A DNA stretch of 63,527 bases, filler included, from Octopus bimaculoides (taxonomy: Eukaryota), in NCBI RefSeq assembly GCF_001194135.2. It is 7 parts of 7 records of this genome, joined end to end, with 100 filler letters (N's around TTAATTAATTAA, not from the genome) between each part and the next. Parts side by side here need not be neighbours in the genome. Positions count along the whole stretch, not along the records: positions 1 to 20,743 come from NC_068981.1; 6 more parts are not named here. One strand, 5' to 3'. The position numbers and the translations under genes are program-made. Of this stretch, positions 1 to 12,613 are shown piece by piece. Below the pieces are notes generated by a model. The model did not search any database. It had not been told where the DNA came from and worked only from the letters and a program-made list of their open reading frames with translations. The stretch's first letter is position 1; each line of letters opens with the position of its first letter.

Positions 1-1376
1 GTGTGTGTATGTGTGTATGCAAATTTAATTGCTTTTTTCAATATAAAGGGAGACCACACACACGTACCACCCCACTCGAGTCCGTCCTGAGAGTCTGTTC
101 ACGTCACTGCATCTGCGTAAAAAAAAAACGGGTCATAAAAGTGGAAACGTCACCGCTGCCGAGAATTTTATGGCAATTCTCACATCGTTCATTTTCTTTT
201 TACTGACAAACAATAGTGAAATCATTTAAAACCATAATTGGAAGATTTTGATCTGGATGTTATTTATTTATTTTCATTTTTAATTAAGTTGCTGATGATG
301 ACACTCGAAACATATCGTCATAGATTAATTATATAGAGTGGAACTACTCTTTCAGATAGTAAAATAGAAATTGTTTAAAAGATGAGATCTCTGTAACTGG
401 TGAATAGGAGTATAAACTCACACAACTTTGTTTAGAATCTTGAGAATCTAAACAGTGAAATACAGTATTTTGTAATATAAACAAAAATCATTTTTGTTGT
501 TTTTTTTATATATCGAAACGAATTTTCACATTTGAAACTTTTTTTTTGTACTTATTTTAATGGCCATTCATGTTTGAACATAAGTAACATTTTTTCGTCG
601 TTTCAAATGGTTTTTTTTTTTGTTGCAGTTTTTTGTTTTCCCTGTTGACATTTCAATTTTATCAAATTGAAATTTCAAACCGAATAATTATATAAGAGAA
701 AAAAAATAAAGAGAAAAATTTTGATTGAAAATCTCATTACATTGTTTAGATAAATTTACTGATCAATTAACTCAATCATCTTTCTTTAAATACCAACTGA
801 AAAACCCATCTCTTCGTCTACATAAGAACACTTGTAACATAGTATTGTTCTAATTTTCAATTATTTTTTTTAGTTGATTTCTAGTTATTTATTCATTTTT
901 CTTCTTCGCCTGAAAGCATAATCTTCTGTATGACATTGATTGTTATAGTCGGGTATTATTGTATATTATCCGGCTATAGACATACATAAGTCAATATAAG
1001 ACATATATAAGTCAATAAAACATAGTAATTAGTGACGATCATCTACACTACAACTGAACAGTTTTCGCGATCAATTCTGCTTGATTTACGTTAAGATGTC
1101 GAAAATCGTTATAAATTTAATTTATATCATGAAACCTTATTGTGAAATCGCTAAGATTTCTAAATGTAAGGTTTTTTTTGCAAGACACATTTACTGATTA
1201 GTTTTAGCAATAGATATTACTAACTGATTTTACCCGAGGTAACTAATTCAAAGACGATATGAACTCAGAAACTTGATGTCTCTAACTTGGCAAAGTAAAA
1301 CGTTAAGACTGATTTTTTAATCATTATTCCAACATCAGCGATTTCATATATATGAGAGATGTACCGTAAAAGACGT

Positions 1377-1752
1377 GGAGGCGCAATGGCCCAGTGGTTA
1401 GGGCAGCGGATTCGCGGTCATAGAATCGCGGTTTCGATTCCCAGACCGGGCGTTGTGTGTGTTTATTGAGCGAAAACACCTAAAGCTCCACGAGGCTCCG
1501 GCAGGGAATGGTGGTGAACCCTGCTGTACTCTTTCACCACAACTTTCTCTCACTCTTTATTCCTGTTTCTGTTGTGCCTGTAATTCAAAGGGTCAGCCTT
1601 GTCACACTGTGTCACGCTGAATATCCCCGAGAGTACACGTGTCTGTGGAGTGCTCAGCCACTTGCACGTTAATTTCACGAGCAGGCTGTTCCGTTGATCG
1701 GATCAACTGGAACCCTCGACGTGGTAAGCGACGGAGTGTCAACAACAACAAC
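1377..1752 (+). mobile_element. tRNA-derived SINE (octopus OK-like), apparently full length
   Basis: tRNA-like head with A box TGGCCCAGTGG and B box GTTTCGATTCC, conserved body and (AAC)n tail; near-identical 5' halves at 2040-2249 and 17555-17768. Confidence 0.85.
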
Positions 1753-2039
1753 GTTATTTTATTATATCGTTGATAAATAGCACCCTCTCGGAACAAACTA
1801 ATAGCTTTGAAGATGGAAAGCAATGTAGATTTTAAAGAAATATGACTTGAGAGTCATGAGGGACGATCAAAAGAGTTTCATTAAACATCTATCTAATGTA
1901 CAGACTCATTAGATGAATATGGATCTATATGCGCCCTTCGTAGGAAGAAATACTGGAAAGGCGTTCGTGTTGATAACCATTGTAGGGCTGTGTTTAATAA
2001 CTAACATAACAGCTTTAATATACGCAGTAATAATAATTA

Positions 2040-2249
2040 TTTGAATTACAGGCACAACAGAAACAGGAAGAATGAGAGAAAGTTGTGGTGAAAGAGTACA
2101 GCAGGGTTCGCCACCATCCCCTGCCGGAGCCTCGTGGAGCTTTAGGTGTTTTCGCTCAATAAACACTGACAATGCCCGGTCTGGGAATCGAAACCGTGAT
2201 CCAATGACCGCGAGTCCGCTGCTCTAACCACTGGGCCATTGCGCCTCCA
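2040..2249 (-). mobile_element. tRNA-derived SINE (OK-like), 5' half, inverted relative to the 1377 copy
   Basis: Reverse complement matches about 1377-1590. Confidence 0.85.
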
Positions 2250-2789
2250 CAATAAAATAACATCTAAAAAAAAAAAACAAAAAAAAACAACAAAAGATTA
2301 ATTTCTGTCGTAGATCACATACTTGAACCGTTGTACAGTTGATTATAAACATCCTCTATTTATTAACGTAATCGATTCCTAGAAGTATAAAATACTAAGA
2401 AGACGGTATGAGATTTGAACGTAGATTATAAATCAACGGAGAAGGCGATCTTTATGAGAATCGGCCATTTTACCGTTTGCTGTATGACACATTAAAAATG
2501 ACCAAGTAAATGGATTTACACTTTCTTAAAACTACAAAATGACTAAGGAAGAAGTTATTTCTTTCTGTTTCGACAAGAAGTCAAAAGTATTTCAAGAGTA
2601 TTGACACTTTTTAAGATATTATCTATAAATAGGAATTCCAATTATCTAACAAACATAGCTGTTTGAATAACAATGTATAAACATAAAGACTTCACAAACT
2701 AAACATGATCTTCTGTCCGTTGTCTATATTTTTACAGAACTTCGCCCAAACTAAACTCACGTAAATCAATTACGTTAAATGCAGTAAAA

Positions 2790-2911
2790 TACGGACGTGT
2801 ACATACTTACATACATATACATACATACATGCATACATTCATACATACATGCATACATACATGCATACATACATACATACTTACATAATACATACATACA
2901 TACATACACGC

Positions 2912-2966
<55 letters not shown>

Positions 2967-3472
2967 TGTATGTGTGTATGTATATATATGTTCATCTATA
3001 TATACATATATAAGTATANNNNNNNNNNNNNNNNNNNNNNNNNNNNNNNNNNNNNNNNNNNNNNNNNNNNNNNNNNNNNNNNNNNNNNNNNNNNNNNNNN
3101 NNNNNNNNNNNNNNNNNNNNNNNNNNNNNNNNNNNNNNNNNNNNNNNNNNNNNNNNNNNNNNNNNNNNNNNNNNNNNNNNNNNNNNNNNNNNNNNNNNNN
3201 NNNNNNNNNNNNNNNNNNNNNNNNNNNNNNNNNNNNNNNNNNNNNNNNNNNNNNNNNNNNNNNNNNNNNNNNNNNNNNNNNNNNNNNNNNNNNNNNNNNN
3301 NNNNNNNNNNNNNNNNNNNNNNNNNNNNNNNNNNNNNNNNNNNNNNNNNNNNNNNNNNNNNNNNNNNNNNNNNNNNNNNNNNNNNNNNNNNNNNNNNNNN
3401 NNNNNNNNNNNNNNNNNNNNNNNNNNNNNNNNNNNNNNNNNNNNNNNNNNNNNNNNNNNNNNNNNNNNNNNN

Positions 3473-3514
<42 letters not shown>

Positions 3515-3549
3515 GTATGTATGTGTATATATATATATGCATGTATTGA

Positions 3550-3581
<32 letters not shown>

Positions 3582-3592
3582 GTATATCTTTG

Positions 3593-3642
<50 letters not shown>
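2790..3642. repeat. Compound microsatellite (CATA/TA/TG) around an N gap; representative of many such tracts in the window
   Basis: Direct reading; similar tracts abut most gaps and generate most ORF-track entries. Confidence 0.95.
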
Positions 3643-3646
<4 letters not shown>

Positions 3647-5116
3647 CGAGCACACCATGATGATTATTATACATGCATAGTTACACACCACCATAAAGTA
3701 AAAAGTAAATCCGTATTAATTGCTGGATTCAAAACAGAAGTAGAGCCATATATGGTTTCGATCGGAGACAGGTGGGCTATCAATCATATGTTTCTATAGA
3801 TGATTCACTCCTCTCATCTCGTTTCAACAGATATGACAGTCGAAAAGAAAATATATTAATGTAAACAAAAACATGACATGACAAGTAACCCACAGTCAAA
3901 CGTCTTCACCTACACACCACTCCCGGGAATCTCTTCACAAAGATTTTTGCAGTGTCTTTTCGTGTCACGTGTATGTTTATAATGCCCTGGTTAAACAATC
4001 AAGCCAATTATTCTACTGGCATCCACATGACTAACAAACCAAAGGGATACATTTTAAGTTAGACATTTCCTTTACCCTTCTAAACTGGAAAATGCTGCTG
4101 GTTATCACAAAATCTGCGTTTAGGAAATCTTGGGATTAATTATTTCTCCTTCTAACCCACATTTCTTTCTTTTTGCGGTATTCTATCGTGTATTAACTAA
4201 AAAAAAAGAATCTCTCACGCATTCTATATATGAGAACAATTATTTTACTATATGTTTCTCCCCCATGTTATTTATCGACATCTGTCATTTGTTTAGTTCA
4301 GTCTTCCAAGACTATGTATGATAGTGAAAACAATAATGAGTCAAAGGAAAATATCTGAGTAAGATATTTTTCAAGTGTTAGCTGTCACGTTTACAATAAT
4401 GATGAATAAGAATACATGCTTTTATGATAAATAAAAAGATAAAATAAAACAATATTTCTTTATTGGTATATCCGAGACCTATGAGATATAGGTGTTTAAC
4501 GCTTTGAGATACTGATGAATTATTGTGAGCTGTACTTTTAATATAACTCTTCTCATTAATCATTGTATATAATAAATTTTTATTAAATAACAAAAATCAT
4601 TAAGTCCATTGACGTCGTTAGCTCCAGGCTTCTGTTGTTCACATCCTACTCAAAATTCAGATGTCATCTACCAAACAAAACCCAAAAGAAGTATTATTTA
4701 GACTGTACAAACCATCCATATTGAATTTTCAAAAATATCGCCATGGCTACATTCCACGAAACGTTTATCCATAGGCACGATATTTAATTATCAATGGACG
4801 AGATCAACAACTGTGAAATCGACAGCAAAATGTGATATAATTCTCACATGCAAATACTGGGGGCACTATAAAACTGAAAAGCTTTTCATTGTTTTCTAAT
4901 GCCGAATTCCGTTCAAATCTTAGCTATGTATAACAGAGGTCAGTTGGATGTTAGTTACTGGGATAAGACAGCGTTTCTGTAAGAGACAAACACGATAGAA
5001 GCAACTATTCCAAACTGTGCCTAGCAGCATGTGTATCAGTGTGATTCACAGGTTACATATAATATAGTATAATATGATATAATATAATATAGCATAATAT
5101 AATATAATATAATATA

Positions 5117-6420
5117 TTGGGTCATCACATCATTAGCGTAGCTAGAGTGTGTGCTGCATGGGGAGGCTATTTCGTTTACAGCCATGAAATAAAAGTGGGA
5201 GGAGGATGGGATAAACTACTTGCGTCAACTGGCTATAAAAGCAGGTTGTAATTTTACCTTGTATTTATTCTCAATGAAAGTTTTGAAGAATGCAGTTCTA
5301 TTTTAAAAAGGTATTTTTTCCAAAATTATAATGGAAGTGACAAAGGAGCATATCTAGCATATTTTTCTTTCTGAGTTCAATAAAGGCACCAATGTAATGG
5401 AAAGTGCGAGGAATATTAATACAGTATATGCGGATCGGATAATAAGCGTAAGCCAGTGTCAATGGTGGTTCCAGAAATTCCGAGCCAGAAACTACAGCCT
5501 AGAAGACGAGTCTCGTCCTAGAAGATCTGTAGACCTCGACGAGGACTCCTACAAATCCTGGTGGAACAAAATCCTATCGTAACTGTTGAGGAATTAACAG
5601 AGAAGCTTAGAGTTGGTCATTCAATCATTCATCGACATCTATGTGCCATTGGAAAAGTCAGCACTTTGGGTCAATGGGTTCCTCACAAACTTTCCGAGTC
5701 TAATCACGCGCAAAGAGTGAACGTGTCCTCTTCTTTGTCGCCACGTCACACGAATGAACCATTTTTGGACCGAATGGTGACTGGTGACGAGAAATGGGTT
5801 CTCTATTAAAATGTCAAGCGTCGAAAACAGTAGGTAGGGAAAGGAGAAACACTGGCACCTCAGGATAAAGAAGGTCTTCACCCACGTGAGGTGTTGTTAT
5901 TTGTTTGGTAGGATATGAAAGATTTTGTCCACTTTGAACTTATAAGACCAAACAAAATGATAACAAAGTAAATCTACTGCGAGCAGCTTGAGTGTATTAA
6001 GTCGGCGCTAGAAGAAAAACGACCATCTTTGGTTTCAAGAGGAAAGTTGTTCTTCCATCAGGATAATGCTCAGCCATATACAGCAAGGATGGCATTCATA
6101 AGGCTGGAGCAGTTTGAATGGGAAACGATTCCCCACTCACCATATTCGCCGAACATTGATTATTATTTATTCTGCAGTCTTCAAACTCATTTGGACGGAA
6201 AAATATGAATTCTGCAGACGAGGTAAGAACAATACTGGAAGAGTATTTTTCGTCAGGGACAAGTGAATTTTGGAAGAGCTGCCTTGCAAGTCTACCAGGT
6301 AGATGGAAGAGCATTGTAGAAAATGAAGGAGATTATATTTTAGATTAAAAAAGAACATTATCTTAATTTTGAAAAATAAAAGAAGTATTTAAAAATCGCA
6401 TTATTTATAGGATGACCCAA
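5117..6420 (+). mobile_element. Mariner (DD34D-type) transposon, near full length, transposase disrupted
   Basis: Terminal ttgggtcatc/gatgacccaa with TA flanks; fragments with N-terminal HTH, WVPHKL and VTGDEKW motifs; stops and frameshifts. Confidence 0.92.
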
Positions 6421-6436
6421 TAATATGATGTAATGT

Positions 6437-6467
<31 letters not shown>

Positions 6468-6535
6468 TACATATTACGGAGGTGTACTTGCATAGCAAGT
6501 GACTTGATCTGAGATCGTGTACTGAAAGAAAAGCA

Positions 6536-6816
6536 ATTGCAGCGTGGAAAATGTTTATAAGCCATTTAAAAACACAAAAAACATTAGATTCACTTGAACA
6601 TTTAAATTTAATTTGTGTCAAAATATTTTCGTCGCTTCGAAACTGCAACCTGTTCACTGGCAAAACTTCAGATGTTGCACGAAGTTTTGTCAGTGAACAG
6701 GTCGCAGTTTCAAAGCGACGAAAATATTTTGACACAAATTATATTTAAATGTTCAAGTGAATCTAACGGTTTTTGTGTGTTCGTAAATCGCTTATAAACA
6801 TCTTCCACGCTGCAAT
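6536..6816. repeat. Fold-back palindromic element with arms of about 135 bp
   Basis: 6536-6669 is the imperfect reverse complement of 6681-6816; the ORF track shows the same peptide start (MSKYFRRFETATCSL) on both strands. Confidence 0.85.
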
Positions 6817-6819
6817 ATA

Positions 6820-7700
6820 CATATAGTTGTCTTACCATCCCTGTTGTATTCCTGTGAAACTTGGACTTGTTATGAAAGGCATTTTAAATTGTTAGAACAA
6901 TTCCACCAAAAATGCCTTCTTCGCATTTTAAAAATTAAATGGAGTTCTTTTACTCTAAACACAGATGTCCTTGCATCTGCAGACATCACCTCAATTAAAG
7001 CTATCGTTTTGAGGAACCAATTGAGATGGTGTGGCCATATTATTCGAATGGCAGATGAACGCATGCCGAAACAGCTGTTTTATGGTGAGCTTGCAGAGGG
7101 GAAACGCTATCGGTGTAAACCTTTAAAAAACGGTTTAAGGACGGCATAAGGACTACTATGAAGTCACTTAGAATGGTTCCAGAAGATATAGAAACCCTTG
7201 CTTTGGATCGAGTTGGATGGCGAACAAAGGTGTGGAGAGGAGTAAAAGTATATGAAGGGGCCAGGATAACGCATGTAAGACTCAAAAGAGATCTAAGGAA
7301 GAATGTAACGATCGAGAAGGTAAATGATTATCACTTTTTTGTGTGAACAGTCTGTGACAGGCCATGCCTGTCCTTTGCTGAGCTCAAATCTCATTTGCGA
7401 ACGCATGGTAAACGAACCTCCACCAACTATTCTGCCTGTATGTCTGTGCACACCTTTGAATGTAATGTATGCCAGAAGGTTTGCAAATTCAATGGAGGCC
7501 TCAAAAGACATTTTAAGATCCACAAGGAGCAGAACTTATCTGCAGGTCTTGGTGGTCGGAATCAGAGGGACAATTTATGTGGGTATCTTTTCAGAACATT
7601 GTTTGTTTTAAAAAGCCACATCAGACGCCATGATGGTGCTAAGGTGTAGGTACAGGAGGTGGTTAAACTCAACTCTGCATAAGGAGTAGACAACCACCAC
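6820..7700 (+). mobile_element. RTE-clade LINE 3' fragment with C-terminal C2H2 zinc fingers
   Basis: YSCETW...EQFHQKCLLRILKIKW...QLRWCGHIIRMADERMPKQLFYGEL, then CNVCQKVCKFNGGLKRHFKIH and a second degenerate finger ending LKSHIRRH. Confidence 0.9.
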
Positions 7701-7874
7701 CATATATATAATATACTATATATATATNNNNNNNNNNNNNNNNNNNNNNNNNNNNNNNNNNNNNNNNNNNNNNNNNNNNNNNNNNNNNNNNNNNNNNNNN
7801 NNNNNNNNNNNNNNNNNNNNNNNNNNNNNNNNNNNNNNNNNNNNNNNNNNNNNNNNNNNNNNNNNNNNNNNNNN

Positions 7875-7911
<37 letters not shown>

Positions 7912-7944
7912 ATATATACAGATAGATACACACACACACAGTTG

Positions 7945-8264
7945 TGAGGCGTGTAGCGTAATGGCTACGGGTATTTGGCTAAGGATTGTAAAGTTCGATT
8001 CCCGGTGGCGCATCGTGTTCTCGAGCAAGATACTTTGTTTCACCTTGCTCCAGTTCACTCAGCTGTAGAAATGAGTTGCGACATCACTGGTGTCAAGATG
8101 TATCGGCCTTTGCCTTTCCCTTGGATAACATTGGTGGCGTGGAGAGGGGAGGCTGGTATGCATGGACGACTGCTGGGCTTCTATAAACAGCCTTGCTCGG
8201 ACATGTGCTCCCGAGGGTAACTTTTTACGTGAAATCCCATGGCCATTCATGACCGGAAGGTGTG

Positions 8265-8265
<1 letters not shown>
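7945..8265 (+). mobile_element. tRNA-derived SINE
   Basis: tRNA-like head with GTTCGATTCC; central segment ttgctccagttcactcagctg shared with the 10608, 16587 and 50937 copies. Confidence 0.7.
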
Positions 8266-8302
<37 letters not shown>

Positions 8303-8499
8303 TGATAGTTATCGGGGATACTTATGGCTCAGGGGAACATTTTTACATACATACACATATATATATATTATGTATGCGATACGCTTCTTCGTTGAACTTT
8401 CAATTGTATCGCTTAGTTCCATGTGAACCTTTCTAGCATACAGTGCCTTGCATGTATTTAAGCATCCCAGCTTATATCCGTCCATTAGTTGTTACCAAA

Positions 8500-8860
8500 C
8501 AAATTGTGATCCGATCGAGGTGGAGTGCAGAGGGTTTGCAGGTTAGTCCTTGTGAAACTCTCACAAAATCTTTGACATCACAGGGGCCAGTAGTCAGAAG
8601 CTCATCAGGATGGCTATGAAGGCAGCAGAAATTGCCTCAAGATGGATGCGCCGGATAAGGAGTTATGAGCTCTGGAAGCGAGCAATGCTAAAAAGGGTAA
8701 TGCTAACTCGACACAGCATCAAATCCCGCCTCACGCCGCTCACAGCTGGGTGAACGAGATGAGAGTGGATCTGATGTTGAAAGACTCGAGACACCTAATG
8801 ACCTTAGGAAACACCACTGATGATCTGTTGACGTGCATCGCAGCATAATGGACAGAGAAA
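8500..8860 (+). mobile_element. HERO-like non-LTR retrotransposon (restriction-like endonuclease) 3' fragment
   Basis: Translation CDPIEVECRGFAG*SL...DITGASSQKLIRMAMKAAEIASRWM resembles the recalled PxEVGCRGF...ASxW C-terminus of HERO elements. Confidence 0.7.
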
Positions 8861-9424
8861 TCTCTCGTAATATTTGCTGTTGTTGTTGCTGTTATTCTTA
8901 ATGCCATTGTTCTTCCGCAAATCAACAGCAATTTAAACAAGTGTAATTATTATTTCTATTTAAGATGTCATTAAATCATTATCCCTTTGATGCTTAGAAA
9001 CTTCCAATTTGTTCTTTCTTTCTAATCTAAATTTCTAGAGTTTAAAACCGACGCTTTAATTTTTATATCAGTTTTAAAGCCATTGTTTGCATTACATTCT
9101 GTTATCTATTAAAATGCTGTTATATGTTCTTTCTGTTGTTGCCGTTCTTCCTGCATCTTACGATACTTTGTAATTTACTTGTTACTCATTGTAGAACTAT
9201 TTTACAAATACTATTTTACAATCTATTCTTTTTTTTTTTTTGCCCACCATATATTTACACCGCTCTGTCTGTAACGTTTCATATCAAAGCTTCTAAAATA
9301 GCCCATTCTAAAATTATCAATTATATTTTTACAATACTATATCACGTGTGTGTGACGCAAACATACAAAAGCTTACTCCCTCATAAACCTTGTTTGTCCA
9401 TTAAATAGTGTATACTCACTTAAG

Positions 9425-9760
9425 CCCTTCACACTCCACAGAGCACAAGGCTATCAACGACTTCACTCCGCTGTTCTCGACTCTGGGCTTATCCGTCTGG
9501 TTTCACGTATTCTTATGACTGAGATGTTCTGAACTGTTATCAATGCTTCTGTAGCTTGGCTCTTTTTCCTAGCTAGGGCTATTGGCTCTGCGTAAACCCA
9601 TTCCAATCTTTGGATAGATGTGGTCCATATTAGTCTTGTTCCTATCCTTTCACGTCTCCGGCATGGCATGCCCTACAAAGAGCTTGCCCTCCTCTGTCGT
9701 TGCTCTCAGATTCATTGAATCATACAAGTCACCATACCGCTACAAGGACTGGACTTGGGT
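9425..9760 (-). mobile_element. Decayed RTE-like LINE 3' fragment
   Basis: RRRERIGTRLIWTTSIQR resembles the GxRxRGRPRxxW region of RTE ORF2. Confidence 0.4.
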
Positions 9761-10086
9761 GGTTGTTTTAAGACCTTAAAACAAAAACATATTTAAGATA
9801 AAAAAAAAATTAACCAACAGAATATGTTAATATGGCCGAATCGGTAGAGCACTGGAGAAAATATTATTTGCTATATTGGTTACTTATGTTACGCTCAGAG
9901 TTCAAATCTTACTGGTAGAGAATCTGTTTTCATCCTTCTGGGGTTTATAAAATAAACATAGGCATACGTGGATACAGATTCAGTCCCACTGCGCTACGTC
10001 TTGGGCAAGTGTCTTCTCTTATAGTCCCGGATCAACCAATACTTTGTGAGTGAATCTGGTAGACGGAAACTGTATGGAAGCCCGTC

Positions 10087-10118
<32 letters not shown>

Positions 10119-10607
10119 NNNNNNNNNNNNNNNNNNNNNNNNNNNNNNNNNNNNNNNNNNNNNNNNNNNNNNNNNNNNNNNNNNNNNNNNNNNNNNNNNN
10201 NNNNNNNNNNNNNNNNNNNNNNNNNNNNNNNNNNNNNNNNNNNNNNNNNNNNNNNNNNNNNNNNNNNNNNNNNNNNNNNNNNNNNNNNNNNNNNNNNNNN
10301 NNNNNNNNNNNNNNNNNNNNNNNNNNNNNNNNNNNNNNNNNNNNNNNNNNNNNNNNNNTAGCATAAGTGGATAAAATATCTGTATTTACAGAACTTTTGT
10401 TGCGATATTTTGTTCACGTTCGTAGTTCAAATTTCATTAGCGTCGATATAATCGACTATCCCCTACCTCTGAAATTCCTGCCTTTGCGAATAAAGTAGTA
10501 TTTAAACATAGACGTGGTAAAATCTTCAAGAATTCATCGAGGTTGATGGAGTCCATGTTGAATTTTTAAAAAATAGCCTGCCCCTGTACACACACACGGC
10601 ACACACA

Positions 10608-11012
10608 AGGAGCACTCCGTCGGTTACGACGACGAGTGTTCCAGTTCATATGATCAACTGAACAGCTTGCTCGTGAAATTAACGTGCAAGTGACTGAGCA
10701 CTCCACAGAAACGTTTACCCCTAACGTAGTTCTCGGGGATATTCAGCGTGACACAGAATGTGACAAGGCCGGCCCTTTGAAATACAGGTACAACTCATTT
10801 TTGCCAGCTGAGTGGACTGGAGCAACGTGAAATAAAGTGTCTTGATCAANNNNNNNNNNTTGAAATACAGGTACAACTCATTTTTGCCAGCTGAGTGGAC
10901 TGGAGCAACGTGAAATAAAGTGTCTTGATCAAGGACACAACGCGTCGCCGGGAATTGAACTCACGACCTACAATCGCGAGCCGAATACCATAACCACTAA
11001 ACCACGCGCCTT
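10608..11012 (-). mobile_element. tRNA-derived SINE with an OK-type 3' module; contains an assembly duplication across a 10-N gap
   Basis: 3' half homologous to 1590-1745 but with a different tRNA head; about 70 bp repeated on each side of the gap at 10850-10859. Confidence 0.8.
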
Positions 11013-12452
11013 CACACACATACACGCACGCACATAAACACACACACGCATACACACACGCGCACACACTCATAAACAAACACAAAGACAAACATACGAA
11101 CACAGGTACATACAATTATGGGGATAAATAAAATCTAGGTGATCACCTCAAAAGCACTTCATGCAAGAACCTGGCTTGCAAAGGATTCAAATATTAGTAT
11201 AAAAATTACATCTTTTAATCAACCACAGTATGATTGGGTTTGTTTCAGCTATGTATTGCAGGAACTCTCCGAAAACCCAAGGCGTGTTTACCAAACAGAA
11301 ATGTTATAAATCTCGCTGAGTTGATAACATATACACCATGCCTTATGGACTGTTTGTTAGCCACGACTGTATAGTAGCTAATAATTTTTGTGTTTGGGTA
11401 TTTCCTTTCATAAGTCGATTTTGAGTCGAAATAAACATGCCTGAAGTAGTCAACTGGCTCCAGATTTATTATATAATATAGTATAACTCTTCTATATAAT
11501 ATGAAATAAATGGCTGTTCCACAAAATGTACGTAGCATTAGTTATTTGACTTCCCTATCTCTTCATTATAATTATAGATATGTGTATGACACACACATGC
11601 ACATACACTGTATGATGGTTGTGTACCCATTAGACGAACATGACTTGCTGACAAGTAGGTGTAAAACTACGTACGTGCAAAGGTTTTAAGTCGAGTGCGG
11701 TTTGTACAACACCACGATGAGTCTCACTAGCAATAACAAGAAATCCCGAGATTAGTAACGTACAAGATATCCGGCTCAGTAGAGTATCGAGTTTTATATA
11801 TGAGTCAGCCTTCACCTAGAGGGATGCCTTAACTCCAGTGGCTTATAGCGCATTCGAAAATTTAGATGTCTCGTCGCTTATACATACATAGAGACAGACA
11901 GACAGACAGAACAGACAGATAGACAGACAGAAAGACATACATACGGATAGAAAAAAAGACTGACAGACATATACATATGAGTGTATGTGTGTGTATATTA
12001 TTCTTGGATTCTTTTTATTGTTTCAACGATTTGACTGTGGCCATGCGTATGTGCCACGTAGAATGACTTAACCAGATTTTCTCAAACGTTTCTTTTAAAA
12101 TTGGTTTATCAATAATTACAAGAATTCTGAAATTTATTAGTAATAATTTAAAGGAATAATTTCAAAGGATATCTAAAGCTTCAATAAGTTTCAGTTTATT
12201 GTTCAGTCTGTATTTATTGTTGTTCACTCTCAATTCATCAATGGCTCGTTTTTGTCTCAGGAAATGGTTAATATATAATCTATTTTCCTAACAGAGCTAT
12301 AAACAGATGTTGGTACATTTGAAAGAACAATTCAACAACAGTTGGATTTACTATACAAATAGTTACAACCAAATTATATAGACTAAAGCAACTAAGAATG
12401 TCAAAGGATTTCTTTTAACAGCTGGCTGTAGTTTTGAAATTCATATTCTATC

Positions 12453-12495
<43 letters not shown>

Positions 12496-12613
12496 ATATA
12501 TATATATATATATANNNNNNNNNNNNNNNNNNNNNNNNNNNNNNNNNNNNNNNNNNNNNNNNNNNNNNNNNNNNNNNNGTCTATCTACATTCACACACAC
12601 ACACACACATATA

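Noticed and set aside
1377-1450. tRNA-gene-like sequences here and at other SINE heads
   Set aside because: They run directly into SINE bodies and are SINE heads rather than tRNA genes
2440-3864. Phase-compatible chain of small + strand segments (about 2450-2505, 2738-2760, 3681-3771, 3831-3864)
   Set aside because: No recognisable homology, an in-frame stop before the first segment, a 59-nt intron, and frames were chosen after the fact
10779-10930. About 70-bp direct duplication within a SINE
   Set aside because: The copies flank a 10-N gap, typical of an unmerged contig overlap
11245-11538. 97-aa minus-strand ORF
   Set aside because: No motif recognised and splice sites unconvincing
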